Under the pieces are notes generated by a model, which saw nothing but the letters and a program-made list of their open reading frames with translations, had not been told where the DNA came from and ran no database searches. A DNA stretch of 64,000 bases from a virus. A program made the translations under genes and the position numbers. Location: IMG/VR virus record IMGVR_UViG_3300002131_000090, positions 82,633 through 146,632 of that record; one strand, given 5' to 3'. This document shows, in pieces, positions 10,946 to 20,059 of this stretch (position 1 is the stretch's first letter; the number at the start of each line of letters is the position of its first letter).

Positions 10946-11632
10946 TTAATGTATATCTAAAAATTCTTTTAACTGCGGATACATATAATTATTACAATAT
11001 CTCATGTATGCTTCAAGTCTTGGGTGGTTGCCGTCTTTAAAAAACGGTAATTTATTTTTACGACACCAATCAACAATAGGGTTGTTAAAGATGTTAACAT
11101 TATGTTTAGATAAATGTTCTTCAAATATTATTTTTTGATCGGTTGTAATTACAGTATCCCAGCCATACACTACAAATGTATTAGGTGTCATCTTTTTAGC
11201 AGAGATTATGTAAAATAAAAGATCCTCAAGATGCTGTTCAACATCCATTAGATCTCCGCCGGTTTCTTTTTGAGAAAAATATGAATGAGATAAGAAATCA
11301 ATTCTTTCTTTTTTATCAAAAATATTTATAGACTTTATAACAGTTGAAGCAAGAGCATTTTTATTTTCATTTTTTTGCTGTTTAATAAAAAAAGGAGTCA
11401 TTGGTTTTCTTAAATAACTACGTTCTGACCCAGTTATTTGCCATATAACTATATCGTTAGTAGTAATAGGAGTATTAAACATTAGTTCTTGAAATCGACG
11501 TTGCTGTAAACCATTGGAACTTGAAGATTGGGCAAGATTTATTAATGGAATTTTCATAGATTCCGAAAGACACCTTGCCCATCCCACGTGATGTGTAATA
11601 CTGCAACCTAATGTTATTAATCTATCATACAT
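10946..11632 (-). CDS. SGNH/GDSL-fold protein
   Basis: LGCSIT, NLAQSSSSN, DGNHP. Confidence 0.55.
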   Translation of the reverse strand: MYDRLITLGCSITHHVGWARCLSESMKIPLINLAQSSSSNGLQQRRFQELMFNTPITTNDIVIWQITGSERSYLRKPMTPFFIKQQKNENKNALASTVIKSINIFDKKERIDFLSHSYFSQKETGGDLMDVEQHLEDLLFYIISAKKMTPNTFVVYGWDTVITTDQKIIFEEHLSKHNVNIFNNPIVDWCRKNKLPFFKDGNHPRLEAYMRYCNNYMYPQLKEFLDIH

Positions 11633-12989
11633 AACTTTTGCATAAATTCCAAAATTCTGTCATTTCAGGAAATGTTTCTAATAAGTTTGTATTCCTTCTA
11701 CGATCATATTCAGTAAACCAATTGTAAAAATCTTTTCTACCTTCGGTTATTTTATGGTCATCGTATTTTACAGTGGCAAAATAATTTCTTACTCTGCGAA
11801 ATCTTTCATATTCTAGGTCACTAAACTTAGTTGTATCGTTGTCATCTTTGTTATCTTTGATAAATTGTAAGATGTTATCAAAGTAAGGAAGGAATTCTTC
11901 CTTAGGAAGTATGTGCATATCGTACTGCAAGGGTTCTTTAAGATAAGGAGTGTCAAATCTAATTCTACGTCTCTTTGGATCGTGATACTGTTTTCTCCAT
12001 TCAAGAACTTTTTCTAAAAAGTCAGTAAAACTAGTGACACTTAAAATGTTAAATGTACACATTACTGTCAGGTCGGCGCCAGTAATATCGAGGTAATTCT
12101 TCATATTACTTTCCCACAACTCTACGTTTAAACCAGTACGCAGGTATTCTGCACGTTTGCTGAATGTATCTATACTGGTATACAATTTAAACTTGTTGAT
12201 TGTATTCGTATCTAGAAGTTCTTTTACGTTGTTAGATAATTTTGTAACTAATCGCGGAGTTACTCCGAGGTTGCTGTTTAAGTTAAGTTCAAGATTAGGT
12301 CTTGGCTCTTCTCTGAGTCTATCAAACAAATTCCAAGTGCTTTTGTGCATAAGTGGCTCGCCGCCGGTAATGCGTAAAATGTTTAATGTTTTACTTAGCT
12401 CGGGCCACCATTCCCACCATGCTTTAATATAAGGATTGTCATCTTCGGGAATTGGAGTAAACCAATCTACGTCAAGTGCGTGATTTTTTACAGTAGTATA
12501 AGGTCCAAACTTTTTAATTTCAGCATGAAAACTACTACTTGCCATTGGGTGACAATATCCACATTTGAAATTACATTCATTACTAAATGCAATTTCAACG
12601 TATTCAGGATTAACATTAAAATCCCAAGGGTTATCAAGAATTTCTTTTATACGTTCTGGCTTATAGATACTTTCATTACGAATCATTCTATCTGATATAT
12701 GATCAGTACCTAGCGATTCGACATTCCAACAGTACTTACACCCTGCAGGCTTTTCTCCAATTAACATTTTTGCACGTTCTTTTTTCTTAATAAGCGTATT
12801 ATGCAATGCACTTGGATTGTTTTTTATTTCAGCTAAATCAATTGCATGTGGAGCAGGATGATAACAACTGTGCGTTTGCCCGGTATGCAAATATATTGTA
12901 GTATGATGCCACTTTGCCAAACAGAATGTTGGGCTTATTTCGTCCATTTCAAATGTACGATTTTTTATGTTTTCTGTTTCAGATGTCAT
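11625..12989 (-). CDS. radical SAM enzyme with N-terminal twitch/SPASM-like domain
   Basis: CNFKCGYC, ITGGEPL, CLAKW...HSCYH...CKYC; paralog of 2501-4021. Confidence 0.85.
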   Translation of the reverse strand: MTSETENIKNRTFEMDEISPTFCLAKWHHTTIYLHTGQTHSCYHPAPHAIDLAEIKNNPSALHNTLIKKKERAKMLIGEKPAGCKYCWNVESLGTDHISDRMIRNESIYKPERIKEILDNPWDFNVNPEYVEIAFSNECNFKCGYCHPMASSSFHAEIKKFGPYTTVKNHALDVDWFTPIPEDDNPYIKAWWEWWPELSKTLNILRITGGEPLMHKSTWNLFDRLREEPRPNLELNLNSNLGVTPRLVTKLSNNVKELLDTNTINKFKLYTSIDTFSKRAEYLRTGLNVELWESNMKNYLDITGADLTVMCTFNILSVTSFTDFLEKVLEWRKQYHDPKRRRIRFDTPYLKEPLQYDMHILPKEEFLPYFDNILQFIKDNKDDNDTTKFSDLEYERFRRVRNYFATVKYDDHKITEGRKDFYNWFTEYDRRRNTNLLETFPEMTEFWNLCKSYV

Positions 12990-13909
12990 GTTTCGATATC
13001 AATGAATTGCTGCTCAGAGTTTCTTGCTGGATTTTGATAAACTGTTTTAAAGAATTTACTGCCGCCGGCGTCTAACGGCATAACACCTATTGGGAGATCG
13101 AGTTCGTGTTTAAGAGTTTCACCAATTGATTCTATTTCGTCAATAAGATTTTCCTCGGTTACTTCCATATTATTCCACATGTTGTTAAGATACTCAAAGT
13201 CACGAACGTTGATATAATCCCAATCTGTACACATAGTTTTATACAAACCTTCACGAGCTCCGTAGATAGCCCATAATCCATTTTCAACATCGGCACCAAT
13301 CATAAGCCAAATATATAAACGATGCAAGTTTTTCCAATGATTCTTTTTAAATTCATCATAGGATACCTTTACTCCACGATCAAGTGCCATTTTAACACCT
13401 TCGCGAAAGCCGGCACGCCACGCTTGTTGTGCTGTAGCATTGTTTATAATTTCACTATAGCAACTGTTCATTTGAATATATTTAATATCCCAACAAAAAT
13501 CTACTTGTGCATGTGGATTGTTTGGATCGGCATTTTCATGCGTTTTCATATTTAACACATATTCTTTAGGCCAACATTTAAGTCCGCCATTACCATACAT
13601 AAGTCCGTTGATAGTATTTTTAGCAGTCCAACTCATTACACACTTTTCAAGATCTTCGTTCTCGCCGAAGTCAAACTCTTTAGACAAGAATTCGCTGTTG
13701 ATAATGTTGTCACCATCAACAGTAATAAATCTATCAGTTTCGCTAAGCCTTGCACATGCTTTATGTGCAGCATCACTGCCTTCTACGCCGTGTACACGCT
13801 TTGCCCACGGAATCTTTTTACAAAGATCTGCATAATTTTTTTCTGCATTAGGCTCGTCGTAGCTAAGATAAATGATATCATAGTCTAGCACTCTAAATTT
13901 ATTACTCAT
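12986..13909 (-). CDS. GT-A fold (GT2-like) glycosyltransferase
   Basis: YDIIYLSYDEPNAE...AHKACARLSETDRFITVDGD...YGNGGLK...WRAGFREGVK. Confidence 0.6.
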   Translation of the reverse strand: MSNKFRVLDYDIIYLSYDEPNAEKNYADLCKKIPWAKRVHGVEGSDAAHKACARLSETDRFITVDGDNIINSEFLSKEFDFGENEDLEKCVMSWTAKNTINGLMYGNGGLKCWPKEYVLNMKTHENADPNNPHAQVDFCWDIKYIQMNSCYSEIINNATAQQAWRAGFREGVKMALDRGVKVSYDEFKKNHWKNLHRLYIWLMIGADVENGLWAIYGAREGLYKTMCTDWDYINVRDFEYLNNMWNNMEVTEENLIDEIESIGETLKHELDLPIGVMPLDAGGSKFFKTVYQNPARNSEQQFIDIET

Positions 13910-14484
13910 TGTATAACCTCATGATAGTATGTCTCAAGTCTCTTTACAGTATATACACTCAATGCATCAGAGTCAAGTTCAATCTGACTCTTAAATGGAA
14001 TTTTAACATCTTCTTTAATTAATTGCTCCATTGACAAATTTAAAAAATTTTCTAATCGATGTGGATCATTATATCTTGTAATACTAAAACTTAAATTCTT
14101 GTTAAAGGATATTTTGTTATTTTTGAAATTATCTTTTATACCTTGATCTAACATAAATTGCCATTCTTTGTCTTTAATGTTTTGTATAATTAACAAGTCT
14201 GGTCTGCTTATAACACGCTTTGATATAAGATAAATTTGATTATTAATATCAAACATAATATCTTCTTCGTTAAATCTGTGTTTTAATATATAAGACTTTT
14301 TAATTGTATCAAACAATACAACATAATGGCTAAACTGTTCTTTACCACTGATTAAATTTTTAACTTCGTCGTAAGTTGTTTCAAAATAGCTGCCTTCTTC
14401 TAAGTTATTATTTGAAACAGATAACAAGTTACCGTCTTCATCAAAGTAAACATATTTTAAAATTGGAATATAAAAATCATTCAT
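13906..14484 (-). CDS. hypothetical protein
   Basis: 192-aa ORF translationally coupled to both neighbours; no motif recognised. Confidence 0.7.
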   Translation of the reverse strand: MNDFYIPILKYVYFDEDGNLLSVSNNNLEEGSYFETTYDEVKNLISGKEQFSHYVVLFDTIKKSYILKHRFNEEDIMFDINNQIYLISKRVISRPDLLIIQNIKDKEWQFMLDQGIKDNFKNNKISFNKNLSFSITRYNDPHRLENFLNLSMEQLIKEDVKIPFKSQIELDSDALSVYTVKRLETYYHEVIQ

Positions 14485-15322
14485 TGTTTAAGTAGCTTTC
14501 GTATATCTCAATTATATCATCTGTAACAAAGTCTTTTTCAGTATAATGAAAAATTCCATTTTGTTTGTAATTACCAATTTTGAGATTTAGTTCCTTATCT
14601 AAATACACTCCAACTCGGTCTTGCCATCTTTCAGAAAAAGTAGATTTCCATTCTTGATTGCGAGTCTTCATATGTACAAAATTTGGGTAACTAATATTTT
14701 TGTTTGTAATCTTATCTTCGCAGTTGAGTATTTTAGTAACGATAGCTGCACTAACATCAACACTGGGAAATTTTTGAAAATGTTTGCCGCCGGCATATTG
14801 TCCGTAAAATAATTCCCAATTATTCATTACAAACTCTAGCCATTTGTAAAAAGTATGCGCTTCGTCTGAACGCTCAAAATAATTAAAGCCAGCATACACA
14901 TTTGGTAGCATATGATTTCTAAATGCTTTCCTATAGTATACACTAGTTACCGGATTGCCTCTATAAGTTAGTACGTTTGTAGTAAAAAATACTTTGTGAT
15001 TTTTTAAATAATTCCACCAAAGTTCAATGTTGTCTAGTACTAATACATCTGTATCTAATATAATAGTGCGATCGTACGGGCAGGCATGATAAATTTTCCA
15101 ACGATTTTCTATTTTCCAATTGCTGTCTTCTGCCGAATCCTCCCACGGAATTTCAACAATGTCGTCAAATACACTAACTGTTTTTTCATCTAACGTATTA
15201 TTAGTTATAAGACATATTTTACTGTCTGGATTAGTTGCACGTATGCTTAATGCACACAAGTATGCTTGTTTTACATAATCGTGTGTACTGTTTTGTGCTA
15301 GCATTGTAAAATTAATTGTCAT
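14477..15322 (-). CDS. GT8-like glycosyltransferase
   Basis: DYVKQAYLCALSI...PYDRTIILDTD (DxD)...FVHMK. Confidence 0.65.
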   Translation of the reverse strand: MTINFTMLAQNSTHDYVKQAYLCALSIRATNPDSKICLITNNTLDEKTVSVFDDIVEIPWEDSAEDSNWKIENRWKIYHACPYDRTIILDTDVLVLDNIELWWNYLKNHKVFFTTNVLTYRGNPVTSVYYRKAFRNHMLPNVYAGFNYFERSDEAHTFYKWLEFVMNNWELFYGQYAGGKHFQKFPSVDVSAAIVTKILNCEDKITNKNISYPNFVHMKTRNQEWKSTFSERWQDRVGVYLDKELNLKIGNYKQNGIFHYTEKDFVTDDIIEIYESYLNNE

Positions 15323-16154
15323 TATCTATTACTCTAGTTAAGCTAAATTTATTCATTATATGAATGTTACTATCTTTTATCTTTGCTGGAAAGTATTGAT
15401 TAGACTGTGTTTCTTTTTCAATTAAAAAAAGGAATTCGTTGCCATTTATTTTTAATACTAAATCTTTATCAGTTGTATAAAACAATGTTCCTGGCATTTC
15501 TTTGGCAAAGTCACCCGACTTGTATCCGTTCATTGTGTGTATTGCTATACTAAATGCATGATCGTTTCTAAAAACACCGGTTGAGATTTGATATAGATTT
15601 TTATAATGTGCCCAATTGTCTTGCACATGTTTTAATAAATCAAAAAATAACTTGTTGACTTCTGTTTTTCTAAAAAATACAACAGTTGCCCAATAAAAGT
15701 CTGGACCGGTTTCGCTAATGTAATTAAATTCTGATAAATCTCTCCACCCGCTTAACTCAAACCCATTTCTATACAATAAGAAGTCGTGCTGTTGTAAAAA
15801 GCATTGGCTAAACAAGTCATTTGATATTATAAAATCGGTATCCAATAGCAAAGTTTCGTCATAAGGAGTTAAATCAAATACACTACTACGACTAGAATTT
15901 TTAAACTCTAAACGCTTTCTTGTAAAAGTACCGTCATTGTATTTTCTAAAAGTATAATTAGAGTCGTTTGAAACTTCAATTATTTGATCAAACACTGCAT
16001 AGTCATAATTGTTTATTAGATAATTTTTATTATCTGTAATTAAACTAACTGGTATATTTAGAAATTCTTTAATTCGTTTAGCAGAATATACAGCTTGCTT
16101 AATGTAGTCAATTTCACTATTATTTCTTGCTATTAATAAAGCGCCTTGACTCAT
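15312..16154 (-). CDS. GT8-like glycosyltransferase
   Basis: DYIKQA...PYDETLLLDTD...FRNDHAFS...HIMNK; paralog of 14477-15322. Confidence 0.65.
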   Translation of the reverse strand: MSQGALLIARNNSEIDYIKQAVYSAKRIKEFLNIPVSLITDNKNYLINNYDYAVFDQIIEVSNDSNYTFRKYNDGTFTRKRLEFKNSSRSSVFDLTPYDETLLLDTDFIISNDLFSQCFLQQHDFLLYRNGFELSGWRDLSEFNYISETGPDFYWATVVFFRKTEVNKLFFDLLKHVQDNWAHYKNLYQISTGVFRNDHAFSIAIHTMNGYKSGDFAKEMPGTLFYTTDKDLVLKINGNEFLFLIEKETQSNQYFPAKIKDSNIHIMNKFSLTRVIDNDN

Positions 16155-16498
16155 AAGTCAACAATACCTTCGACTGTTCTATTAGATTTTAACTTGTTAT
16201 ATTCTGTCATATAACGATTAGCAGCTTTCCAGTATACACTTACTAATGTATCTGCAAATTTTTGTAAATCGTCAATCTCGATAGGAATATCATTATCATC
16301 AATTAAAATTGTACTAGTTTGTTCAAGTGCTAACAAACTCTGACAGAAACTTACCAATTGTTGTGTAACTGTAAACTGCCCGCCATTATAATAATGAACA
16401 ACATCGTTTTGATATTGTTCTCTTAAAATACGTTTTTGATTATTTAAAGTAATCATATAATTACTAAAATCTAACGCAGATACTAATCGTTCGTCCAT
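16151..16498 (-). CDS. hypothetical protein, first gene of the glycan cluster
   Basis: 115-aa ORF with AGGAG RBS; no function recognised. Confidence 0.75.
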   Translation of the reverse strand: MDERLVSALDFSNYMITLNNQKRILREQYQNDVVHYYNGGQFTVTQQLVSFCQSLLALEQTSTILIDDNDIPIEIDDLQKFADTLVSVYWKAANRYMTEYNKLKSNRTVEGIVDL

Positions 16499-16519
16499 AG
16501 AATTCTCCTATCAAATACT

Positions 16520-16548
16520 ATTGTATATTTTTTTTATCTATTTGTCAA
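16520..16548 (-). promoter_or_regulatory. sigma70-type promoter TTGACA-N17-TACAAT
   Basis: Near-consensus hexamers with ideal spacing in the gap between the tail genes and the glycan cluster. Confidence 0.75.
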
Positions 16549-16553
16549 GTAAT

Positions 16554-17576
16554 TTATGCAGGAGGAGTTACATTATCTGAAGTAAGTTGGACTACTGTTG
16601 CAATTGTAGGCGCTGAAATACTAACAGCTTGATAGGAAGTAGCAGCGTAAGTAAACGTACTATCTGGTCTAAATGTGTTAATCGAACTGTTGGTTGAGCC
16701 GCCAACTGATTCATCTTGAGGATCTAGAGGGACGCCGGCTTGATCGCCTGTGTCGCCGTCATTAAAGCTAATTCTAAATCTTATAACTGATCCGGTAACG
16801 TAACCTTCAATCGTATAATCATTATCGGCATACACTCCTGATCCTGTTTTTATATATAACTGTGCATAACTACCAGTGAGACCATCATACCCTGTACCAG
16901 ATCCGCTATCCGAAGTAATTCCATACTTGTCAAACTTAATAGTTCCCATGTTTGTTAACATAGTTGCCCAATCAGTATCTTTAGCACCTGCTCCACTAGT
17001 AAGTGATGCTGCAAAACGGATTTCTCCGCCGGCGTTAAAATAGTAATTCATTTGATTGACACTGGCAAACGTTACTGTTACAACGTGGTATATCGACTTA
17101 GCAACATCTACAGAACCGCCCCAACTAGTAGTTCGCGGAGTACTTGATACAGCTGATCCTAATGTAAACGAACTGTCTGGCCAACCTGATACTGATCCGT
17201 TGAAATTACTTATAGCAACAATTAACGTATCATAATCGTTATGTCCTTGATTACCGCCATCAGTAGGAGTAGCAGTTGCACCAGTTGTTTGATTAAAAGT
17301 TTGACTTACATCGGCACCAACAGTTTGTCCTGTTGGTGGTACTGCAACGCTAGTACTTGTTGCACCTTGCTGATGTATATATACACTCTGCGCATCTAGG
17401 AATAACAAACGCATCTGATCTGAAGTAACTGAATTACTTACTCCAAAAGTGCTGCCGCCTGTAACTGCTACAGCTCTCATAGTTTGTCCGTACTCAGTTG
17501 AATATACTCCACTTAATGTAGTTCTAATATTGTTATAATTTGCGGCTGTAATAGAACCGCCGGTGACTACGGCCAT
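16554..17576 (-). CDS. putative virion structural (tail/baseplate-associated) protein
   Basis: Ser/Thr/Gly-rich; shares YFNAGGEIRF...MGTIKF motif with 17631-18548; late-promoter motif upstream. Confidence 0.55.
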   Translation of the reverse strand: MAVVTGGSITAANYNNIRTTLSGVYSTEYGQTMRAVAVTGGSTFGVSNSVTSDQMRLLFLDAQSVYIHQQGATSTSVAVPPTGQTVGADVSQTFNQTTGATATPTDGGNQGHNDYDTLIVAISNFNGSVSGWPDSSFTLGSAVSSTPRTTSWGGSVDVAKSIYHVVTVTFASVNQMNYYFNAGGEIRFAASLTSGAGAKDTDWATMLTNMGTIKFDKYGITSDSGSGTGYDGLTGSYAQLYIKTGSGVYADNDYTIEGYVTGSVIRFRISFNDGDTGDQAGVPLDPQDESVGGSTNSSINTFRPDSTFTYAATSYQAVSISAPTIATVVQLTSDNVTPPA

Positions 17577-17598
17577 ACAAAATCTCCTATGTTACTAG

Positions 17599-17606
17599 TA
17601 TTTATT
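17599..17606 (-). promoter_or_regulatory. T4-like late promoter (AATAAATA)
   Basis: TAAATA core upstream of the AGGAG RBS of 16554-17576. Confidence 0.5.
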
Positions 17607-17630
17607 AAAATATGTTCTATCAAAAAAATA

Positions 17631-18548
17631 TTATTCTAACGGTGTTGTAGTAAGATAGCTAGGAGTTGTAACATCTACATAACTGCCTGTTGCTCTTAAC
17701 TGAGATACCGAACTAGTCAATGTACCGTTGATTGTTTCGTCAATAATGCCGGCGTCTCTATCTACAAATGTTACTTGGAATTCAATTGTAGAACTATTAA
17801 TTGTTCGTGCTTTAACAATATATTCTGCATTGATGCCTGCATATATCCCAGTAGATTGTTTGCTATATAATGTCTGAAATGTACCAGTTAAACTGTTGTT
17901 ACCAATACTAGTTCCGGTTCCGGAACTAGCAGTAACTCCGTTATAAGTAAATTTAATTGTGCCCATCGAAGACAATAAATCTCTCCAATATGTACTCTTA
18001 TCTCCAGAAGAACCTGCTAACGATGCAACTAATCTTATTTCGCCGCCGCTATTAAAAAAATGTCTTCTATGATTTGCACCAGTTGCACTGACTGTTGTAC
18101 CATCAGTTTTGCCTACAGTATAGCCGCCTGCAAATATTACTTTAAATGTATGAGTTAATATATTTACAGGATCACCCCATGTACTCGACCTAGTACTTGA
18201 TAGTTTATTTTCTGTTGACACTTGATTTGCAAGATAAACATCTTGTTTACTGTTATATAATGTTGTAGCAAGTGTTTCGTACGATAACCATTCTGCATCT
18301 TCAACATCAGCGTTTGCTATTATTGTAGCTAATGATACAGAGTTTCCGGTCTGATGAACGTTTACTTTATTGATGTCTTCTTTTAAAAAATTTAAATGAT
18401 TTGCAGAAACAGTATTAGTCAACGAAACTGGACTACTGCTTAATAGCTGTCCGTATCCAAACGTTAATTGTCCTTGTCCTAATACTTCTGCAATTCGGTT
18501 TTGCATTAAGTTAAAACGTGATACTGATATTATTTCGCCTACGGCCAT
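17631..18548 (-). CDS. putative virion structural protein, paralog of 16554-17576
   Basis: HFFNSGGEIRL...MGTIKF shared motif; Ser/Thr-rich. Confidence 0.55.
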   Translation of the reverse strand: MAVGEIISVSRFNLMQNRIAEVLGQGQLTFGYGQLLSSSPVSLTNTVSANHLNFLKEDINKVNVHQTGNSVSLATIIANADVEDAEWLSYETLATTLYNSKQDVYLANQVSTENKLSSTRSSTWGDPVNILTHTFKVIFAGGYTVGKTDGTTVSATGANHRRHFFNSGGEIRLVASLAGSSGDKSTYWRDLLSSMGTIKFTYNGVTASSGTGTSIGNNSLTGTFQTLYSKQSTGIYAGINAEYIVKARTINSSTIEFQVTFVDRDAGIIDETINGTLTSSVSQLRATGSYVDVTTPSYLTTTPLE

Positions 18549-18565
18549 TGTGTATTCCTAAAATA

Positions 18566-20020
18566 TTATACTTTTAAAACGCATTCGACTAATTTCTCAT
18601 CTGCACTATCGTTTGATTCAAGTGCAATACCTACTAAAGCAGTTGTTGCTAGTGTTGTACATACGCCGTCTGCCATTGCATAAACTGCTTGACCCTTTTT
18701 AACAGCACCTTTAACACGTACAGGAAGACGCCCCTTTAAACCAATGTACTGCCCAGTTGCTTCGCTGTTCATCATGTAAGCAGGATCAGTTGAAACAACA
18801 CCAATACAATGATTACTTGCATTTGCTGGTTCTACATCGTGATCTTCACAAGCGCATACTGCTACTGCAGTACCTGGTGCTAGTTCTTCTTTAGTTGAAT
18901 ATTTTTCTGCTAAGTCAGCATAACGTGCTTTTGTTGCAGTACCTTGGAACAGGTTGGCATATAAGTCACCGCTTGCATCTCTTGCTGCAATAGTATTTGC
19001 TGTAGCAGCAGTGCTGGCAGCTCTTCCTGTTGCGCCAACAGTAAGTAACCCTGCTTGTGTTGCTATACCGCTAAATGTGTCAGCATACACAGTTTGCCAT
19101 TTGGTACCAGCTTTACCTAAATCATACGCACTACCTGCATTTGGATGTATACCAGTAGCATCAAGATAATATATGATTGTGCCAGATGAGTTCTTAACTC
19201 TTAATAAATTTCTCACCAGTTGAATCATTGGTGTTTCGTTGTCGGTATCAATTTTTACAATTAAGTCGGCACCTAGTCCTAACGTATAACCAAGATCACT
19301 AAATACCACTGTTGATGTAAATGCACTCGAATCAGAAGTTACATAATTAGATGCTGCAATTCCGTTTAGTTTTATAGCATTGCTTGCTGTTCCCCAAAAA
19401 CGATGTGCAGTACTTGTAATACCGTCTGTAGATGCAACAGTATTAACTAATGTAATACCCTTCCTAATTACATCAAATCCAGTAACTGAAGTACCAGCAG
19501 AATTAGTAAATTCGTCTTTACTAATTATGTATACTACTTCATCGCCGATTACTGCTTCTTGTACATCGTGTGTTGTATTAAGAGTATCAGTTAGTGTAGT
19601 TGATACCATTCTAGTTATTGTACTAGCAGAGCCACCTTGCGGGCCTACAAGAATCCATTCTGATGATGCATTTTTAACATAAAGTTGTCCAGTTGTACTG
19701 TTCCACCAAAGGTCACCTTCTACTAGTCCAGAAGGCGCTGATGTTGACACTTCAGTTGATCCAGTATTTTTAAATGAAGTTCCATTATATACTTTAATTT
19801 TTTGTGTACTATTATCGTACCAAATCATTCCTGCAACTGGTTTTGAAGGCGCGGTAGATCCGGCAAAATGTTCTAATAAAAACATAAAGTTTTCATTTTG
19901 TGCTTCACCATAACCGGCATAATTTTTACCGATAAACTTTACTTCTGTACTTTGATTTATAGTACCGTCTTGGACTGTTGCTTGTACAGCGCCGTTGTAT
20001 CTATTAATAGTATATGCCAT
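18566..20020 (-). CDS. tail fibre/spike with C-terminal intramolecular chaperone (peptidase G2/IMC-like)
   Basis: Shared fibre N-terminal module; C-terminal ARYADLAEKY...GVVSTDPAYMMN...IGLKGRLPVRVKG. Confidence 0.65.
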   Translation of the reverse strand: MAYTINRYNGAVQATVQDGTINQSTEVKFIGKNYAGYGEAQNENFMFLLEHFAGSTAPSKPVAGMIWYDNSTQKIKVYNGTSFKNTGSTEVSTSAPSGLVEGDLWWNSTTGQLYVKNASSEWILVGPQGGSASTITRMVSTTLTDTLNTTHDVQEAVIGDEVVYIISKDEFTNSAGTSVTGFDVIRKGITLVNTVASTDGITSTAHRFWGTASNAIKLNGIAASNYVTSDSSAFTSTVVFSDLGYTLGLGADLIVKIDTDNETPMIQLVRNLLRVKNSSGTIIYYLDATGIHPNAGSAYDLGKAGTKWQTVYADTFSGIATQAGLLTVGATGRAASTAATANTIAARDASGDLYANLFQGTATKARYADLAEKYSTKEELAPGTAVAVCACEDHDVEPANASNHCIGVVSTDPAYMMNSEATGQYIGLKGRLPVRVKGAVKKGQAVYAMADGVCTTLATTALVGIALESNDSADEKLVECVLKV

Positions 20021-20048
20021 TTATGGACAACCCTTCTTTTAACATTAA

Positions 20049-20056
20049 TATTTAGC
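20049..20056 (-). promoter_or_regulatory. T4-like late promoter (GCTAAATA)
   Basis: TAAATA core in the intergenic gap upstream of 18566-20020. Confidence 0.45.
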
Positions 20057-20059
20057 TAT

